Of a stretch of DNA of 33,624 nt, positions 8,231 to 17,164 are shown one piece after another. A program made the translations under genes and the position numbers. The notes beneath the pieces are model-generated. The model searched no databases, was not told the origin of the DNA, and saw only the letters and a program-made list of their open reading frames with translations. Origin of the DNA: Paludibacteraceae bacterium (GTDB taxonomy: Bacteria > Bacillota_I > Bacilli_A > RF39 > UBA660); NCBI GenBank assembly GCA_963601985.1, contig CAVCHK010000108.1, positions 1-33,624 of the forward strand. The letters run 5' to 3'. The stretch's first letter is position 1. Every line of letters starts with the position of its first letter.

Positions 8231-8980
8231 TTAATAAAATACATTCTTTAAATATAACCCCTCAGCATTAGCACATTTACCAGCACATTTCCTATCCTCA
8301 CTACGTAAAATACTAATAATATCCTCACTCTTTCTCTTACCTTCACCAACCTCAATCAAAATACCAACCATATTCCTTACCATATATCTCAAAAACCCAG
8401 TACCCACAAAAACCAAAGTAATCTTATTCAAATCCTTAGGATCCCTAATCAAATTAGTCTGTGATATCGTTCTAACATAATCATCACTTTTCTTTATCTC
8501 TTCATCACTTTTAGTAAAAGACTTAAAATTATGTGTCCCCTCAAAATACTTAAGAGCCCTTTCCATCTCAACAACATCAAGTCTCTTATTATGCTGATAT
8601 ACATAATTCCTCTCAAGAGGATTATATTCCCCAATATTAATCATATACAAATATTCCTTACCAATAGCACTAAACCTAGCATGAAAATCATCACTAACAA
8701 CTTCTACCTTCTTAACAAATATATCACAAGGAAGCAAACTATTAAGTCCCTTCCCAATTCTTTCTATATCCATCTTACTATCCAAATCAAAATGAATCTT
8801 CTGATTAATAGCATGCACTCCAGCATCAGTTCTACCACTAGCATGAATATCTATCTTCTTACCACCACTAATCTCCTTTAAAGCCTTCTCAATCTCCCCT
8901 TGAACAGTCCTCATTTTAGGCTGTTTCTGATAACCACTAAACAAAGTACCATCATAACTAACTGTAATTAAATATCTCAT
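8231..8980 (-). CDS. truA: tRNA pseudouridine(38-40) synthase
   Basis: MRYLITVSYDGTLFSGYQKQP...ASGRTDAGVHA carries the catalytic Asp motif and sits in the conserved position after ecfT. Confidence 0.95.
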   Translation of the reverse strand: MRYLITVSYDGTLFSGYQKQPKMRTVQGEIEKALKEISGGKKIDIHASGRTDAGVHAINQKIHFDLDSKMDIERIGKGLNSLLPCDIFVKKVEVVSDDFHARFSAIGKEYLYMINIGEYNPLERNYVYQHNKRLDVVEMERALKYFEGTHNFKSFTKSDEEIKKSDDYVRTISQTNLIRDPKDLNKITLVFVGTGFLRYMVRNMVGILIEVGEGKRKSEDIISILRSEDRKCAGKCANAEGLYLKNVFY

Positions 8981-8991
8981 AAAAATACCTC

Positions 8992-9729
8992 CTAATAAAC
9001 AATTACAACAATAAGAATAAGTATATTCAAAATAAATATAAATAAATCAATCAAACCATAACTATAAACCCTATAACTACTCCTAGATAAACTATAATTA
9101 TAAAGCCTAAGATCCATAATATCCGAACTATCATTAGCCCTCTTTATAGACAAAACAAACATAGAAGTAATCATCCTACTAACAATATCAATCTTACCCC
9201 TAATATCTACTTTATCAAAATCAAAACCCCTAACCTTCTGAGCCCTAATAATCCTATTACCCTCCTCTATTAAAGTAGGAATATACCTAATAGTTAAAAC
9301 AACAATCATCGAAATATCCCTAGCCAATTTGCCACTAATAGGCTTAAATAACTTATAAATACCATCACAAACTTCCATTGTTTTAGTAGTATACATAAAA
9401 ATACTAGTATATAAAACAATAAAAATAAGCTTAAACAAATCAAAAACAATCCTACTAACAGTACTAAAAAATATAATATCAATAACTAATATAAAAAGTA
9501 AAAATACCCTAATACCATAAATATTCCTAAAATACATAAATATACCAATATCACTATACATAATAGCAAGTAATAAATAAAAGAAAAGCATAAGAACATC
9601 ATCATAACTATCAACAAAAAATATACTAATAATCATAATAATAACAGAAATAACCTTAATAACAGGATTAACCTTATATATAACCCCATTACCAGAAATA
9701 TACCTTCCCATAGAAACATTATTTAACAT
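8992..9729 (-). CDS. ecfT: ECF transporter transmembrane (T) component
   Basis: Polytopic protein following two EcfA-type ATPases. It has Arg-containing coupling-helix-like segments (IRAQKVRGFD). The order ecfA1-ecfA2-ecfT-truA is typical of Bacillota. Confidence 0.85.
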   Translation of the reverse strand: MLNNVSMGRYISGNGVIYKVNPVIKVISVIIMIISIFFVDSYDDVLMLFFYLLLAIMYSDIGIFMYFRNIYGIRVFLLFILVIDIIFFSTVSRIVFDLFKLIFIVLYTSIFMYTTKTMEVCDGIYKLFKPISGKLARDISMIVVLTIRYIPTLIEEGNRIIRAQKVRGFDFDKVDIRGKIDIVSRMITSMFVLSIKRANDSSDIMDLRLYNYSLSRSSYRVYSYGLIDLFIFILNILILIVVIVY

Positions 9730-10501
9730 TACGATAAATATCCTTCATAAGTTCTTTAATATCAAAAGTATATTCCAAATTAACACCATATTTCTTATTA
9801 GCACCACTAATAAACTTAACAATCCTAGGAACACTAACTTGGGCATTCTTAAATTTATTAATGTAAGTAAACATATCCCTCTTACTACCAGAAGAAATAA
9901 CCTTACCATTCAGAAGAAGAACATAATTATCAATAACATTAATCAAAAAATCCACATCAGAAGAAAACAAAATCACCATTTTCCCATACCTACTAGAAAT
10001 CTTCTTAAGAAGCCTTATCAACTTATCACACCCATAATTATCCAAAAAAACACTAGGATCATCAAGTACAATTACCTTAGGATTAACAGCCAATATAATA
10101 GCCAAAGCCAAAGACTCCTTCTCCCCACTAGAAAGAGAAAAAGGACTCCTATCAAGATAAGATAAATCAAGCCCAACCATTTTCATAGCACTACTAATCC
10201 TATCATCAATCTCATCTAACTTATAATTATACCTCTTAATACCAAAAGCAATCTCATCCCTTACACTCTCAAATATAAAAGCCTCCTCAGGTCTTTGAAA
10301 CACATAACCAATATCCCTAATATCATATGTACTAACAATACTACCATCATAATCACTAATAATATCACTAATAAAATAACTAATTAAACTCTTACCACTA
10401 TTAGATGAGCCAATAACCCCAGTAATCTTACCATCCATAAATTCATAACTAATATTTTTAATCTTATCCATATATGATACATTATCTAACCTTATCCCCA
10501 T
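9719..10501 (-). CDS. ecfA2: ECF transporter ATPase EcfA2 (catalytically degenerate-looking)
   Basis: Walker A is GSSNSGKS, the Q-loop is YVFQRPE, the signature is LSSGE, Walker B is VIVLDDPS (Asp where the catalytic Glu is expected), and the H-loop position reads LFSSDVD (no His). It overlaps ecfA1 and ecfT by a few nt. Confidence 0.85.
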   Translation of the reverse strand: MGIRLDNVSYMDKIKNISYEFMDGKITGVIGSSNSGKSLISYFISDIISDYDGSIVSTYDIRDIGYVFQRPEEAFIFESVRDEIAFGIKRYNYKLDEIDDRISSAMKMVGLDLSYLDRSPFSLSSGEKESLALAIILAVNPKVIVLDDPSVFLDNYGCDKLIRLLKKISSRYGKMVILFSSDVDFLINVIDNYVLLLNGKVISSGSKRDMFTYINKFKNAQVSVPRIVKFISGANKKYGVNLEYTFDIKELMKDIYRNVK

Positions 10502-11301
10502 AACTTCTTCATTACCTCCTCATCATTAAAATAAACCCTATCAAGTAAATCATATAACATCAAATTATGCGATAACTTAACAATAAAAGGTAAATTAAAT
10601 CCCATCTTCTCTAACTTATCATCACTATATATATCATAAGGAGTACCATCCATTACAATATTTCCCTTATTAAGAACTATTATCCTATCAGCAGATAAAG
10701 TATCCTCTAAATTATGCGTAATAAGAATAATAGTAAGTTTATACTTTCTTCTATACTCATTAAAAATCTTAAATACAAGTTTTTTATCACTATCATTAAG
10801 TTTATGCATAGACTCATCAAGCAAAAGAATCTTAGGATTATATATAAGACTACTAGCAATCATAACTTTCTCTTTATCCGAATCACTAATAATAAAAGAA
10901 GACTTATCAAGAATATCATCAATCTTAAACTTCTTAGCTATCCCATTAACCAAATTATAAATCTCATTAGAAGAGTACCCCAAATTCTCTAATGTAAAAG
11001 CCAAATCATCAAACACAGTCTCTCCAATAAAATGATTATCAGCATTATCAAAACAAACAGATAAACACCTTCTAATATTTTTAATATAAGTATCATTAAG
11101 TAAATAACCATCAATATTAATATAACCAAAAGCCTTATATATACCCCCAAGTATTCTAGCAAAAGTACTCTTACCACTACCATTCCTACCAATAATACAA
11201 GTAAAAGAACCCCTATCAATATCTAAATCAAAATCCTTAAAAATATCCTTATCATTATACTTAAAAGACATACTCCTAATCTTAATAATACCCTTATCCA
11301 T
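10492..11301 (-). CDS. ecfA1: ECF transporter ATPase EcfA1
   Basis: Walker A is GRNGSGKST, Walker B is ILLLDES and the H-loop is ITHNLED. The signature position reads ISDSD (canonical LSGGQ) and the Q-loop position reads CFDNADN (no Gln). Confidence 0.85.
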   Translation of the reverse strand: MDKGIIKIRSMSFKYNDKDIFKDFDLDIDRGSFTCIIGRNGSGKSTFARILGGIYKAFGYINIDGYLLNDTYIKNIRRCLSVCFDNADNHFIGETVFDDLAFTLENLGYSSNEIYNLVNGIAKKFKIDDILDKSSFIISDSDKEKVMIASSLIYNPKILLLDESMHKLNDSDKKLVFKIFNEYRRKYKLTIILITHNLEDTLSADRIIVLNKGNIVMDGTPYDIYSDDKLEKMGFNLPFIVKLSHNLMLYDLLDRVYFNDEEVMKKLWG

Positions 11302-11340
11302 CTACTACATCTCCACACCTATATTATATATTAAATACAT

Positions 11341-11366
11341 AAAAAGGGCAAGAAAAAAATTCTTAC
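11341..11366 (-). terminator. Candidate terminator after the 166-aa gene
   Basis: On the minus strand: GTAAGAA-TTTTT-TTCTTGC (7 bp with one G-U pair, arms at 11360-11366 and 11348-11354), then CC and TTTTT. Confidence 0.4.
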
Positions 11367-11866
11367 TATTTAAGAACTTTTCTATATACACGCTTCATCT
11401 TACCATAAGAAACATCATCAATACAATTAACATCAATACCATTACATTCAATACCACTATCAAATACCTTCAAAAACATATTAGTCTTCTTAATATCCTT
11501 TATCATACCAGTATTACTAATATTCCTACCAATACCCCAAGCACCAAGAGCAAAAGAAGACAAATAAACAATACCATTAACATCCCCTTCTCCCTTTAAA
11601 ACACAAGCCGCTAAAGAAAAATATACACTAGCTACTGCTAAAGAATCAATAAAGACCTTATTATAAGTACCCCTAATATCAAAATTACTATTTCTCTCTC
11701 TTAACTGCTCTATCATTCTCTCTTTTAATAACTTCTCATACTCCCCTCTTTCATCAATAATAATCTTACCACTACCATCCATATACCTAATAACCAAATT
11801 CTTACCTATTCTAGCATATCCCTCTATAATATATCCAATATCTTCTTCACCAATATAAAACTTCAT
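11366..11866 (-). CDS. Hypothetical protein with two central hydrophobic helices
   Basis: ATG at 11866 is preceded by GAGGAGG. The hydrophobic stretch is FIDSLAVASVYFSLAACVL...IVYLSSFALGAWGI. No family recognised. Confidence 0.7.
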   Translation of the reverse strand: MKFYIGEEDIGYIIEGYARIGKNLVIRYMDGSGKIIIDERGEYEKLLKERMIEQLRERNSNFDIRGTYNKVFIDSLAVASVYFSLAACVLKGEGDVNGIVYLSSFALGAWGIGRNISNTGMIKDIKKTNMFLKVFDSGIECNGIDVNCIDDVSYGKMKRVYRKVLK

Positions 11867-11936
11867 AATACCTCCTCAAAAAAATCCCTAATATAATAAC
11901 ATACATAAAAATAAATGTAAAGTATTAACCAAAAAC

Positions 11937-11964
11937 TTGATAAAAAACAATATTATGATAAAAT
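11937..11964 (+). promoter_or_regulatory. Sigma-A type promoter for rnhC
   Basis: TTGATA (11937-11942), 16-nt spacer ending in TGA, TAAAAT (11959-11964), then the AAGGAGGT SD before ATG at 11984. Confidence 0.5.
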
Positions 11965-11983
11965 TATATACAAGGAGGTCACT

Positions 11984-12928
11984 ATGAACAAAACAATAAC
12001 CAAAGTAATAAGAGTAGATAACCAAACAAAAGAATTAATGAGTAACTATTATGAAGATATGAAAAGAACAAAAACACCACCATATGCCATATTCCAAGCA
12101 GATACTGGTGATACAATAGTAACCCTATACGAATCAGGAAAAGCTATGTTCCAAGGCATATCAGCAGATATAGAATCAAGTATATGGGAAAAAATCCAAG
12201 AAAACAAAGAAGACTATGAATATCTTACTGACAAAAAAGAAATAGAAAACAAAGAAGAAGAAATAACCATACCACTTAATATATCCTCTATAGGTTCTGA
12301 CGAAGTAGGAACAGGAGACTACTATGGTCCCATAGTAGTCACATCTTCCTACGTAAGTAAAGATAATATCCCCTTTCTAACAGATTTAGGAGTAAAAGAC
12401 TCTAAGAAATTATCAGATGAGCAAATACTAAAAATAGTACCAAAAATAATAAAAAAAATACCATATAAAACAATAAAATTATCAAATAAAGAATACAACG
12501 AAAACTACAGCAAAGATATGAATATGAATAAAATAAAAGCCATACTTCATAATAAAGTATTAACAGACTTAGCAAAAGATAACAATTATGACTATATAGT
12601 AGTAGACCAGTTTGAACCAGAAAAAGCCTATTATAACCATCTAAGCGATGTACCAAACCCATTAAAAGGAATAACCTTTATAACCAAAGCTGAAGATAAA
12701 TGCCTATCTGTTGCCGTATCCTCATTAATAAGTAGATATATCTTTATCAAAGAAATAGATGCATTAGGAGATAAATACAATATATTTCTTCCAAAAGGAG
12801 CCAATTACTACGTTGAAGACGTAGGAATAAAACTAGTAGAAAAATATGGTAAAGATGTTTTAAAAGAAATAGCCAAACTAAACTTTTCCAACACCGAAAG
12901 AATCCTAAAAGAAATAGAAAAAAAATAG
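11984..12928 (+). CDS. rnhC: Ribonuclease HIII
   Basis: 314 aa with an N-terminal TBP-like domain (TIVTLYESGKAMFQG) and an RNase HII/HIII core (IGSDEVGTGDYYGPIVV). One of only two plus-strand genes. Confidence 0.9.
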   Translation: MNKTITKVIRVDNQTKELMSNYYEDMKRTKTPPYAIFQADTGDTIVTLYESGKAMFQGISADIESSIWEKIQENKEDYEYLTDKKEIENKEEEITIPLNISSIGSDEVGTGDYYGPIVVTSSYVSKDNIPFLTDLGVKDSKKLSDEQILKIVPKIIKKIPYKTIKLSNKEYNENYSKDMNMNKIKAILHNKVLTDLAKDNNYDYIVVDQFEPEKAYYNHLSDVPNPLKGITFITKAEDKCLSVAVSSLISRYIFIKEIDALGDKYNIFLPKGANYYVEDVGIKLVEKYGKDVLKEIAKLNFSNTERILKEIEKK

Positions 12929-12945
12929 CCATCGCTATTTTTTTT
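12918..12945. terminator. Bidirectional terminator between convergent rnhC and the ABC exporter
   Basis: AAAAAAAATAGC-CATC-GCTATTTTTTTT, a 12-bp stem with A/T runs on both sides. It overlaps both stop codons. Confidence 0.7.
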
Positions 12946-15295
12946 ATTTACTAACTTTTTCAAATTGAGAATTATATAAATTAGCATAAAAACCATTCTT
13001 TTTCATTAAAGTATTATGATTACCCTGTTCAATAATATTACCATCATTCATAACAAGAATCAAATCAGCATTACGAATTGTCGATAGCCTATGAGCAATA
13101 ATAAACGATGTACGTCCTTCCATAAGCTTATCCATAGCCTTTTGTACTAACTCCTCAGTTCTCGTATCAACGTTACTAGTGGCCTCATCAAGAATTAAGA
13201 AAGGCTTATCACTAATCATACCCCTAGCAATAGTAAGAAGCTGTCTCTGACCAGAAGATACCGAATCATTATCAGATATAACACTATCATAACCATTAGG
13301 TAAAGTCTTAATAAAATGATCAACACCAACAACTTTACACACTTCTTCTACCCTTTTATTACTTATATTCTTTTGATTATAAATAATATTCTCACGTACA
13401 GTACCATTAAATAACCAAGTATCTTGAAGAACCATCGTAAACAAATCATGAACATTACTTCTCTTTATATCACGAATAGAAGTTCCATCAATAAGAATAT
13501 CACCATCATTAATATCATAAAACTTCATAAGCAAATTAACCATCGTCGTCTTACCCGCTCCTGTAGGACCAACAATAGCAACCTTCTCTCCCGCCTTAAT
13601 TTTAGCAGTAAAATCATTTATAATAACCTTATCCTCATCATAACCAAATTTAACATTCTTAAATTCAATATTACCCTTAACTTTATTCTTATCTAACTTC
13701 CCATTAATATTATCCTCACTACTCATCTCTTCACTATCCAAAATATTAAATACCCTTTCACTAGCGGCACCACAACTCTGAAGTGAAGTCATCGCTTGAG
13801 CTATTTGTGATAAAGGATTAGTAAACAATCTAACATACATAATAAACGCCACTATAATACCAAAAGATATCATATCCTTACTTACTAGTAGTGATCCTAC
13901 TACACATACAGCTACATAACTAAAATTACCAATAAAACTCATAATAGGATGCATAAGACCAGATAAAAATTGACTCTTTCTATTACAATCATATAACTTA
14001 TCATTTAACTTATCAAATTCCAAAGTAACATCTTCTTTAGCATTACAAGTTTTAACAACATTAAGACCACTATAAATCTCTTCAATATAACCATTCAAAT
14101 TACCAAGTTCAACCTGTCTCATATTAAAATACTTCTGTGACTTACCAAGTATAATAAACATAAGTACAAAACCAATCAAACTAGATATAATAGCAGTAAT
14201 AGCCATAATATAATTAGTAACAAACATCATAATAATAGAACCAATAAACAAAGTCAAACTAGATACCAAAGTAGATAAACTATTATTAAGAGACTGACTA
14301 ATAGTATCTACATCATTAGTAACCCTAGATAAAATATCACCAGATAAATTATGATCAAAATACTTAAGCGGTAATCTATTTATCTTCTCTGATATACTAC
14401 TTCTAAGCCTTTTAGCATATAAATTAGCCACTTTAATCATCGATAAACCCTCAATATAACTAAATATAGCACTAATAATATATAAACAAGCAAGAAATAT
14501 AGCAATATCCCTAATCCTATCCATATTCATCTTTGGACCAATAACCCTTTGTATACTACTAGGAACATCACTCATAATCTTATACATTTCATTAACTGAA
14601 GACGTATCACTACTAGCCATTTTAACAATAAAATCAATCTTATCTTCACTACTAATTTCCACTCCATCAATACTAGTACTAGGAAACAAGCAAATCTTAA
14701 TACTATCAGGTAAATCATTAATACCACTATAATCCCTATTACTAATATCCATATCCCCAAAAATTAAAATAGCCTTAATTTTATCCTCTTTACTAATATA
14801 AATATCATTATAAGTACTATCAGAAACAATAATATCAAAAGTACTACTAGGAAGCATACTAATATACTTAATAGCATTATCCCTATCATCACTAATTTTC
14901 TTAATAGTATCATTAAATAAAACCTTATCTTCACTACTAATACTAGAAGTATTAACCATATATATCATATTCTCATCTATATTAATATCCAAAATACTAC
15001 CAATTTCACTAATATTAGAAGTAAGCTCATCCTCTAATTCCTTCATATTAGAAGTATTAATAGTAATACCAGAAGATATCTCATCAGTCAAATCAGATAA
15101 CTTATTCGGAGCCACTAAAGACAAAACAGCACTCACCGTAGCAAGTATAATAGCTACAAATATAAGTATCTTAAAATCTCTCAAACTACAAAATAACCTC
15201 TTCATCGAAAGAACAAAATTCTCAGGTTTCTCATTTACTCTCATAGGACCATGACCCCTAGAAGAATTATTCCTATTTTTATCATTACTAGACAT
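12944..15295 (-). CDS. ABC exporter permease/ATPase, consensus-site subunit of a heterodimer (LmrD/BmrD-like) with enlarged extracellular insert
   Basis: Walker A is GPTGAGKTT, the signature is VSSGQ, Walker B is LILDEATS and the H-loop is IIAHRLST. About 190 aa are inserted between TM1 and TM2. ATG at 15295 (MSSNDKN...) lies 8 nt after GGAGGA and overlaps the upstream gene by 8 nt; the track start at 15331 is over-extended. Confidence 0.9.
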   Translation of the reverse strand: MSSNDKNRNNSSRGHGPMRVNEKPENFVLSMKRLFCSLRDFKILIFVAIILATVSAVLSLVAPNKLSDLTDEISSGITINTSNMKELEDELTSNISEIGSILDINIDENMIYMVNTSSISSEDKVLFNDTIKKISDDRDNAIKYISMLPSSTFDIIVSDSTYNDIYISKEDKIKAILIFGDMDISNRDYSGINDLPDSIKICLFPSTSIDGVEISSEDKIDFIVKMASSDTSSVNEMYKIMSDVPSSIQRVIGPKMNMDRIRDIAIFLACLYIISAIFSYIEGLSMIKVANLYAKRLRSSISEKINRLPLKYFDHNLSGDILSRVTNDVDTISQSLNNSLSTLVSSLTLFIGSIIMMFVTNYIMAITAIISSLIGFVLMFIILGKSQKYFNMRQVELGNLNGYIEEIYSGLNVVKTCNAKEDVTLEFDKLNDKLYDCNRKSQFLSGLMHPIMSFIGNFSYVAVCVVGSLLVSKDMISFGIIVAFIMYVRLFTNPLSQIAQAMTSLQSCGAASERVFNILDSEEMSSEDNINGKLDKNKVKGNIEFKNVKFGYDEDKVIINDFTAKIKAGEKVAIVGPTGAGKTTMVNLLMKFYDINDGDILIDGTSIRDIKRSNVHDLFTMVLQDTWLFNGTVRENIIYNQKNISNKRVEEVCKVVGVDHFIKTLPNGYDSVISDNDSVSSGQRQLLTIARGMISDKPFLILDEATSNVDTRTEELVQKAMDKLMEGRTSFIIAHRLSTIRNADLILVMNDGNIIEQGNHNTLMKKNGFYANLYNSQFEKVSK

Positions 15296-17051
15296 TATCA
15301 AGTTCCTCCTTTGACACCTGTGATAAAGCAATCTCCCTATATACCTTACACTTCTTCATAAGTTCCTTATGTGTTCCTATACCAACGCACCTTCCATTAT
15401 CAAGAACAACAATCTTATCAGCATTAAGAATAGTACCAATCCTTTGAGCCACTATCATAACTGTAGCATCTTTAGTATAACGTCTAAGTTCCCCTCTTAA
15501 AGTACTATCCGTCTTATAATCAAGAGCACTAAAAGAATCATCAAAAATATATATTTCAGGATTCCTAGCAATAGTCCTAGCAATAGATAACCTCTGCTTT
15601 TGACCACCACTAATATTAGTACCTCCCTGAGCAATATGAGACTTCTCCTTATCCTCTAACTTAGAAACAAACTCATAAGCCTGTGAAACCCTAAGAGCAT
15701 CATCTATCACCTTCTTAGAAGCCCTACCATCCTTACTCTTACCAAAAGTAATATTAGATAAAATATCACCAGAAAATAAAGTAGCCTTCTGAGGTACATA
15801 ACCAATAATATTATTCAAATACTCAAAACTATAATCCCTAACATTAATACCATTAATAAGAATCTCCCCACTAGTAGCATCATAAAATCTAGGTATCAAA
15901 TTAATAAGCGTACTCTTACCACTACCAGTAGAACCAATAAAAGCAATAGTCTCCCCCCTATTAACCTTAAATGATATATCCATAAGTACATATTCATCAG
16001 CATCAGGATACTTAAACGAAACATTCTTAAATTCAACACAGCCTTTAATATCACTACTATTCATAGTAATATCCCCTTCTTTAATACTAATAGGAGTATC
16101 AAGTACCTCATTAATCCTTCTAGCGGATACACTAGCTCTCGGTAACATCATAAATATCATAGCAAGCATTAAGAATGACATAATAACTTGCATAGCATAT
16201 GAAGAAAAAACAATCATATTACCAAACAAAACAATCTTATCACCCATACCAGCATCATTAATAAGTATAGCCCCTATAAAATATATACCCAAAGTCAAAA
16301 AGTACATAACCAAATACATAACAGGACTCAAAAAATTAAAAGCCTTTTGATTAAACATTTGCTGATTAGTAAGATTATTATTAACATCCTCAAATTTATC
16401 CTCTTGATATTTTTCAGCATTAAAAGCCCTAACAACCCTAATACCAGATAAACCCTCTCTCATAACCATATTAACCCTATCAATAAGTTTTTGAACTATC
16501 TTAAACTTAGGCATAACAATAATCATAATAGTACCAATAGTAATAAGTAAAATCAAAACAGCAACCCCAGTTAACATACTCCACTCTATACTCTTATTAA
16601 GTATCTTCGTAACAGCCCATACAGCACAAGTAGGAGCCTTAATCATTAAAGTAAGACCCATAGCAATAAGAAGTTCAATCTGAGTAATATCATTAGTAGT
16701 CCTAGTAATAAGACTACTAGTAGAAAACTTCTTAATATCAAATGTACTAATATCCTCTACTTTTCTAAATAACTTACCCCTAGTACGATAAGAGAAAGAA
16801 GCCGCTACTACTGAAGTAAAATACCCAACAATAAAAGCAGATACCAAACTACCAAAAGCACACAAAAGCATATAACTACCCTCTCTTAATATATCACTAA
16901 CCCCTGCTCCACGAGTTTGTACAAGCTGTGTAATATTAGACATATAATCAGGCATTTTAAGTTCTAACCATACCTGAAAAACAATAAGTAAACTAGATAT
17001 AAATACATATACATAGTCTCTTCTACTTAAATTCTTAATTAATTTCAACAT
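15288..17051 (-). CDS. ABC exporter permease/ATPase, degenerate-site subunit of the heterodimer (LmrC/BmrC-like)
   Basis: Walker A is GSTGSGKST, the signature is ISGGQ, Walker B is IYIFDDSFS (Asp instead of catalytic Glu), and the H-loop position reads IVAQRIGT (Gln instead of His). The start at 17051 follows GGAGG, which is embedded in the track's ATGGAGG start at 17063. Confidence 0.9.
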   Translation of the reverse strand: MLKLIKNLSRRDYVYVFISSLLIVFQVWLELKMPDYMSNITQLVQTRGAGVSDILREGSYMLLCAFGSLVSAFIVGYFTSVVAASFSYRTRGKLFRKVEDISTFDIKKFSTSSLITRTTNDITQIELLIAMGLTLMIKAPTCAVWAVTKILNKSIEWSMLTGVAVLILLITIGTIMIIVMPKFKIVQKLIDRVNMVMREGLSGIRVVRAFNAEKYQEDKFEDVNNNLTNQQMFNQKAFNFLSPVMYLVMYFLTLGIYFIGAILINDAGMGDKIVLFGNMIVFSSYAMQVIMSFLMLAMIFMMLPRASVSARRINEVLDTPISIKEGDITMNSSDIKGCVEFKNVSFKYPDADEYVLMDISFKVNRGETIAFIGSTGSGKSTLINLIPRFYDATSGEILINGINVRDYSFEYLNNIIGYVPQKATLFSGDILSNITFGKSKDGRASKKVIDDALRVSQAYEFVSKLEDKEKSHIAQGGTNISGGQKQRLSIARTIARNPEIYIFDDSFSALDYKTDSTLRGELRRYTKDATVMIVAQRIGTILNADKIVVLDNGRCVGIGTHKELMKKCKVYREIALSQVSKEELDNV

Positions 17052-17097
17052 ATAAACCTCCATCTATATACTATGATAAAAATATACAATCGTTAAA

Positions 17098-17127
17098 ATT
17101 ATAACATTCCAATTATAACAATGTCAA
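17098..17127 (-). promoter_or_regulatory. Near-consensus sigma-A promoter of the ABC exporter operon, with an embedded 10-nt direct repeat
   Basis: On the minus strand: TTGACA (17122-17127), 18-nt spacer ending in TGT, TATAAT (17098-17103). TGTTATAATT occurs twice, at 17097-17106 and 17111-17120. Confidence 0.6.
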
Positions 17128-17164
17128 TCAAAAACCATAATTTCCCATAAAAGTAAAAGAATAG

